Shown here piece by piece: positions 59,922 to 64,000 of a stretch of 64,000 bases of DNA (the stretch's first letter is position 1; every line of letters starts with the position of its first letter). The position numbers and the translations under genes are program-made. This DNA is from Polyangiaceae bacterium. Lineage in GTDB: Bacteria; Myxococcota_A; Polyangia; Polyangiales; Polyangiaceae. Under the pieces are notes generated by a model, which saw only the letters and a list, made by a program, of their open reading frames with translations, ran no database searches and was not told the origin of the DNA. The stretch lies in assembly GCA_044376115.1 (NCBI GenBank), contig JBILLK010000004.1, positions 406,285 through 470,284 of the forward strand, in the 5' to 3' direction.

Positions 59922-61074
59922 GCGAGTCCTTGAAGCGGTGCGCAGTGAAGCCACCGTCGGCTTGTTCTTCAGCGTTTGTGTGGCGTTTGGCGTGGGCCAC
60001 TTCGTGGGCTGCAACGGCTGGGATCCACGCCGCCCCTTCGAGAAGAGCAACACCGAGGTGGACCGAGCCATCGAGATGATCGAGGCCGGGCAATATGAGA
60101 ACGCGGAGGAGATCCTCACCACCTACCTGCGCGTTGGCAAATGCGACGCAGGTAAAATCAACCTGCCCGAGAAGGTAACGAAGAAGCCGGACGGCGCGTT
60201 TGATCTCGGGCTGGTGCTGTTTTTTCTCGGGGAGAAATACGGCGAGCGTTTCGGGGACGAAAAGAAGATCCTCGCCGAAGAGCCAAAGACCGAGGAGGAG
60301 CTGGCAAAGCTCAAGAAGACGATGGAGGCGCGCAATAACGAGGTGAAGTGCGCGCTCGTCGTTGCGCTCGCCATCGCCAAGGATCCCGGCGTCAGCACCG
60401 AGCTTCGTGCGCGTGCGTTCTACCTCGTGGGCAACCTCGAATTTTTGAGGCTCGACTACCGAGCGGCGATCCTCGGCTACGAGCAATCGCTCAAGTTGAT
60501 GCCTGGCGTCCCGGAGAGCTCGACCAAAGACGGGATCGGCCGCGACGCAGCGTGGAACCGTGCCGTAGCGCTGCGTCGTTTGGAGGAGGAGCAGCCTGAC
60601 GGTGGCGGCGAAGACGGTGGGGACCAAGGCGAGCAACCTCAACCGCAGCCGCAACCCAACCAGTCGCCCGGTGACCAAGATCAAGACGGTGGCGATCCCA
60701 ATAAGCCCGACGGTGAAGACGACGGCGGCGGACCGGACGCTGGGGATCAAGACGGCCAAGACGCGGGCGATGCGGGCGAGAAGCCAGCCGAAGAAGGTCC
60801 TGACGGCGGGGAGGACGCTGGTCCCGACGCAGGCGACAACGACGGTCAGGAACCAGACGCCGGCGAAGATGACGCCGGCTCCAAGGGAGATCCGCAACAA
60901 GACCCGGGCGAGCAGAACGCCCCGAAGGACGGCCAGGGCGAGCCCAAAGTTGAAGGGCCGACCTCCAAGGAACAGGGCGACCGCGTGCTCGATCACTTCG
61001 ATCAAGTGCCCAGCTACGTTCAAGAAGAAGCCAAGAAGCGAGCCGACGGAAAGCGACGCACGGAGGACAAATGA
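59914..61074 (+). CDS. BatC-like TPR protein with an acidic low-complexity tail
   Basis: AFYLVGN...AILGYEQSL TPR, DAAWN and a D/G/Q-rich linker. Confidence 0.75.
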   Translation: MRKRVLEAVRSEATVGLFFSVCVAFGVGHFVGCNGWDPRRPFEKSNTEVDRAIEMIEAGQYENAEEILTTYLRVGKCDAGKINLPEKVTKKPDGAFDLGLVLFFLGEKYGERFGDEKKILAEEPKTEEELAKLKKTMEARNNEVKCALVVALAIAKDPGVSTELRARAFYLVGNLEFLRLDYRAAILGYEQSLKLMPGVPESSTKDGIGRDAAWNRAVALRRLEEEQPDGGGEDGGDQGEQPQPQPQPNQSPGDQDQDGGDPNKPDGEDDGGGPDAGDQDGQDAGDAGEKPAEEGPDGGEDAGPDAGDNDGQEPDAGEDDAGSKGDPQQDPGEQNAPKDGQGEPKVEGPTSKEQGDRVLDHFDQVPSYVQEEAKKRADGKRRTEDK

Positions 61075-62957
61075 CCCTCGGTGCAATGACTCGTACTAAC
61101 GTCCCGGCGGGCCTTCGCCGCTTCCTCATGCGTGCAACGCTGCGACTCTTCGTTGGCGTCGCTGCGCTTGCGCCGCTGGCGCTTCCGCAGGTAGCGATCG
61201 CGCAAAAGGCCGCCGGGCTGACCACGACGACGACACTTTCGCGCCCGGAGATCGCCGTGGGTGAGCGCGTCGAATTGACGCTGAAGATCGTCAGCAAAGA
61301 CAAGATCTCGGCGCGCGAACCGGTGCTGCCTGTGCCGCCCGGCCTGCTGCTGGACGGCCCAAGCCTCGCGGTCTCGTCGCGCACCACGAGCATCAACGGC
61401 AAGACGGCAACCGAGTCCACCATCCGGGTGACCTTCGGACTCACCGGCAATCAGCCTGGTTCCTACGAGATCGCAGCCCCTGCGGTGATGGTCGGTTCGC
61501 AGATGGTGACCGGCTCCCCGACCAAACTCGTGGTCGTGGGTGGAGCCTCGGCAACCCCGCCGCCCTCAGTGATCGATGAACTCACCGACGCGGATGACGA
61601 CTCGCCTACGGCCAAGAGCCTCGCGCTCAAAGACGGCCCCAACGACGTCGTGTTTCTGCGCGCCTTCGTCGACAAGGAGCAGGTCTTCGTTGGTGAGCAG
61701 GTCACGATGTCGACCTACCTCTACTATCGCGACGGCTACGAGATGACCGAGCGAACCGACCCGCGCTACGGCGATCTTTTGCGCTTCCCCTTGTTGCAAG
61801 ATCCGGCCGCAACCACGCCGATCTTCACCCGTGTTCGAGACCAGCGTTACGGCGCGCGCCTGGTCGATCGCGTGGCGCTCATCCCGCTGCGAGCGGGCAA
61901 ACTGCAGACAGGGCCCTCCTCAGCAAGGCTCACCGGGCGCCGAATCGGCAGCCGCGTATTGAAGATCTCGAACGACGTAACGCTCGACGTGATCGAGCCT
62001 CCGCTCGACGGGCGCCCGCCGGGGTACGTGGTGGGGGACGTCGGCCAGTTCGAACTTTCAGCGTCGGTTAGGCCGCGCCAAATCAAGCAAGGCGGCTCGC
62101 TCGCCGTGAACGTAAAGATCGAGGGTAGCGGCTATGTCCCGACCTCGGTGACTCCGCCGCCAGTCGCTGGGGTCAAGTGGCTTGCGCCTCAACGAGGCGA
62201 CGGCGTCACCGTCAAAGGAGGTCGCGTCGGCGGTTATCGAACGCTCACCTACGTCGTGCGCGTCGAGAACGCAGGCACCATCAACCTCGGCTCGCTCGAG
62301 CTCCCCTACTTCGATCCGGTGTCCAAACGGTATGAAGTGACGAAGGTGGACCTCGGTTCGGTCGAGGTGGAGGAACGCCCGCCGACGGCCGAGGAGGTCA
62401 AGCGAGCCAAAGAGGCACAGGGGACCGCCGACAATGATCCGCTCGCTTCATTGCCCAAAGCGCGTCGTTCGTTATCGGCGTTCACCCCCCGTACGCGTGC
62501 AAGCTTCGAGCTCTCCACGCTGGCGCTGGGCGTCGGGATCCCGCCGCTCTTGGCGTTTCTGCTGCTCGGCGGCATTCGAGCCCGCAAGGCAGTGAGCGAA
62601 CGCAGCGGCAGCGACAAGACGCGGCTATCGCGCGAACGGCGCAGCGCGCTCTCGGATGCCGAGAAGGCGCTCAAACAGCAGACACACGAGACGCTTGGTG
62701 GCGCCCTGGAGCGCTTGCTTGCTGCCGCCATCGAGCTCAACACCGGCTTCAAGATTCGCGGCGTGGCGATCACGTTGCTGCCTAGCGAACTGCGTAAGGC
62801 CACCTCGTTCGACGACGGGCTTTGCAAAGAAATCTGTGCCGTCCTAACCGACTGCGACCGTCTGCGCTTCTTGCCCGAAGCCGATAGCTCGACCGCCACC
62901 GAAGCGAGTGAGCTGCTCTCGCGTGGCAAGAAGCTGCTCAAGCAGATCGACCGATGA
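61071..62957 (+). CDS. batD: BatD-like protein
   Basis: SINGK, VDKEQVFVGEQV, VGDVGQFEL and PYFDP motifs, with a C-terminal TM segment. Confidence 0.82.
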   Translation: MTLGAMTRTNVPAGLRRFLMRATLRLFVGVAALAPLALPQVAIAQKAAGLTTTTTLSRPEIAVGERVELTLKIVSKDKISAREPVLPVPPGLLLDGPSLAVSSRTTSINGKTATESTIRVTFGLTGNQPGSYEIAAPAVMVGSQMVTGSPTKLVVVGGASATPPPSVIDELTDADDDSPTAKSLALKDGPNDVVFLRAFVDKEQVFVGEQVTMSTYLYYRDGYEMTERTDPRYGDLLRFPLLQDPAATTPIFTRVRDQRYGARLVDRVALIPLRAGKLQTGPSSARLTGRRIGSRVLKISNDVTLDVIEPPLDGRPPGYVVGDVGQFELSASVRPRQIKQGGSLAVNVKIEGSGYVPTSVTPPPVAGVKWLAPQRGDGVTVKGGRVGGYRTLTYVVRVENAGTINLGSLELPYFDPVSKRYEVTKVDLGSVEVEERPPTAEEVKRAKEAQGTADNDPLASLPKARRSLSAFTPRTRASFELSTLALGVGIPPLLAFLLLGGIRARKAVSERSGSDKTRLSRERRSALSDAEKALKQQTHETLGGALERLLAAAIELNTGFKIRGVAITLLPSELRKATSFDDGLCKEICAVLTDCDRLRFLPEADSSTATEASELLSRGKKLLKQIDR

Positions 62958-63754
62958 AGCGAATCTTGATCGCGGTCAGCCTCGCCTTCCTGTGCGGCCC
63001 AACGGCTGCGTTGGCGGCAGATCTAAGCAACGAGGAGCTTTTCGAGCGAGCTTCCACTGCGCTCGAGAAGAGCAAGTATGCTCAAGCCATTCAAGACTTC
63101 GAGACGCTTGCGGATCAGGCTGAGCCGCATCCGGACCTCGCCTTCAATCGTGGTATGGCTTATGCGCTGCGGGCTCGTTCAGCAAGTGCTGTGAGCGGTG
63201 ATCTCGGTCGAGCTGCAGCTGGCTTTGAAGAAGCGCTGCGGCTCAACCCCCGCGACGGTGAGGCCGAGAAGGCGCTTGAGCTGGTGCGTGCTGAAGTGAC
63301 ACGCCGTCGCTCCAAGCTGGACAAGAAGGACGCGTTGGTTCGCCCTTCGCTCGATCGTGTGATCGTTGGGCTGTTGCCGGTCGCAGCTTGGGCCTACCTC
63401 GCGATCGGCTTCGCCGCGCTGTTCGGAGTAGGCGTGCTGCTGCGTCAACGTGCCCGAGGGGCCTTGCACGTCGCGGGCGCCGTGGCAGCACCCCTCGCGC
63501 TGCTCGCCTGCTTGGGTCTCGTTCCGCTTGCGATCTTTGCTCGCGAGCTGGATCTCACCACGAGGCCGGCGGTGGTGATCGCCGCTGAAACAACGCTTTC
63601 AGATGGCGACGGAAAGCCGCTGGATGCGCCGCCCTTGCCCGAGGCTTCGTTGGTCGAGATCGGCACGCGCAAGGGTGACACGGTCGCAGTGCGCTGGGGT
63701 TCCTACGAAGGGTTCTTACCCGCAGACCACCTGCGTCCTTTGCTCGTGAAGTGA
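62954..63754 (+). CDS. BatE-like TPR/SH3 protein
   Basis: Signal peptide, TPR (FNRG...FEEALRLNPRD), two TM segments and an SH3-like C-terminus (EGFLP). Confidence 0.75.
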   Translation: MKRILIAVSLAFLCGPTAALAADLSNEELFERASTALEKSKYAQAIQDFETLADQAEPHPDLAFNRGMAYALRARSASAVSGDLGRAAAGFEEALRLNPRDGEAEKALELVRAEVTRRRSKLDKKDALVRPSLDRVIVGLLPVAAWAYLAIGFAALFGVGVLLRQRARGALHVAGAVAAPLALLACLGLVPLAIFARELDLTTRPAVVIAAETTLSDGDGKPLDAPPLPEASLVEIGTRKGDTVAVRWGSYEGFLPADHLRPLLVK

Positions 63755-63758
63755 GCTC

Positions 63759-64000
63759 GAGGGCACGAGTCATTCACTTCGTGCCTTCGGCACTCCGTAG
63801 ACCTCCGTGGACTCCGTTCTGTCTGCTGCATCAACCTTCGGTTGAATGACTCGTGCCAAGTCGATCGTTCACTCGGGCCTTCGGCCTCTCTTTTTGCAGA
63901 GGGCACGAGTCATTCTGTCTGCTGCATCAACCTTCGGTTGAATGACTCGTGCCAAGTCGATCGTTCACTCGGGCCTTCGGCCATTTTTTCCGAAGAGGGC
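63759..64000. repeat. Structured tandem repeat array (~96-bp units, truncated by the window end)
   Basis: Units begin at 63759, 63899 and 63995 (GAGGGC...). Each has an identical 84-nt core plus a 12-nt variable T-rich segment. Unit 1 has a 44-nt insertion. Confidence 0.9.

Noticed and set aside
63759..64000. CRISPR array
   Set aside because: 84-nt repeats with 12-nt T-rich spacers do not fit CRISPR geometry, and there are no cas genes in the window.

Overview
High-GC chromosomal window that looks like a myxobacterium (Myxococcota, probably Polyangiales). This is inferred from the Gly-rich and Cys-rich lipoproteins, a MYXO-CTERM-like tail and the DUF1552/DUF1592 pair. Housekeeping genes include the 5' end of rpsB with a structured leader, ileS, thiG and a thiE/tenI-like gene, bioB, a pilT paralog, bolA and a complete moxR-DUF58-batABCDE-like operon. 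Between them lie many secreted repeat proteins and a 10-kb phosphatase-rich block. Signals missing from the ORF track: (1) a CxxU selenoprotein of the SelW/Rdx family at 35659-35889 (-), read through an in-frame TGA; (2) an IleRS with KMSKS changed to KESKS and a ~115-aa inserted domain; (3) a structured ~96-bp tandem repeat array starting at the right edge; (4) TAnnnT boxes 5-9 nt before many start codons, suggesting widespread leaderless transcription; (5) a sigma54-type promoter directly abutting a response-regulator start codon. I recognised no tRNA, rRNA, transposase or canonical CRISPR array. All family assignments come from motif recognition, not database searches.
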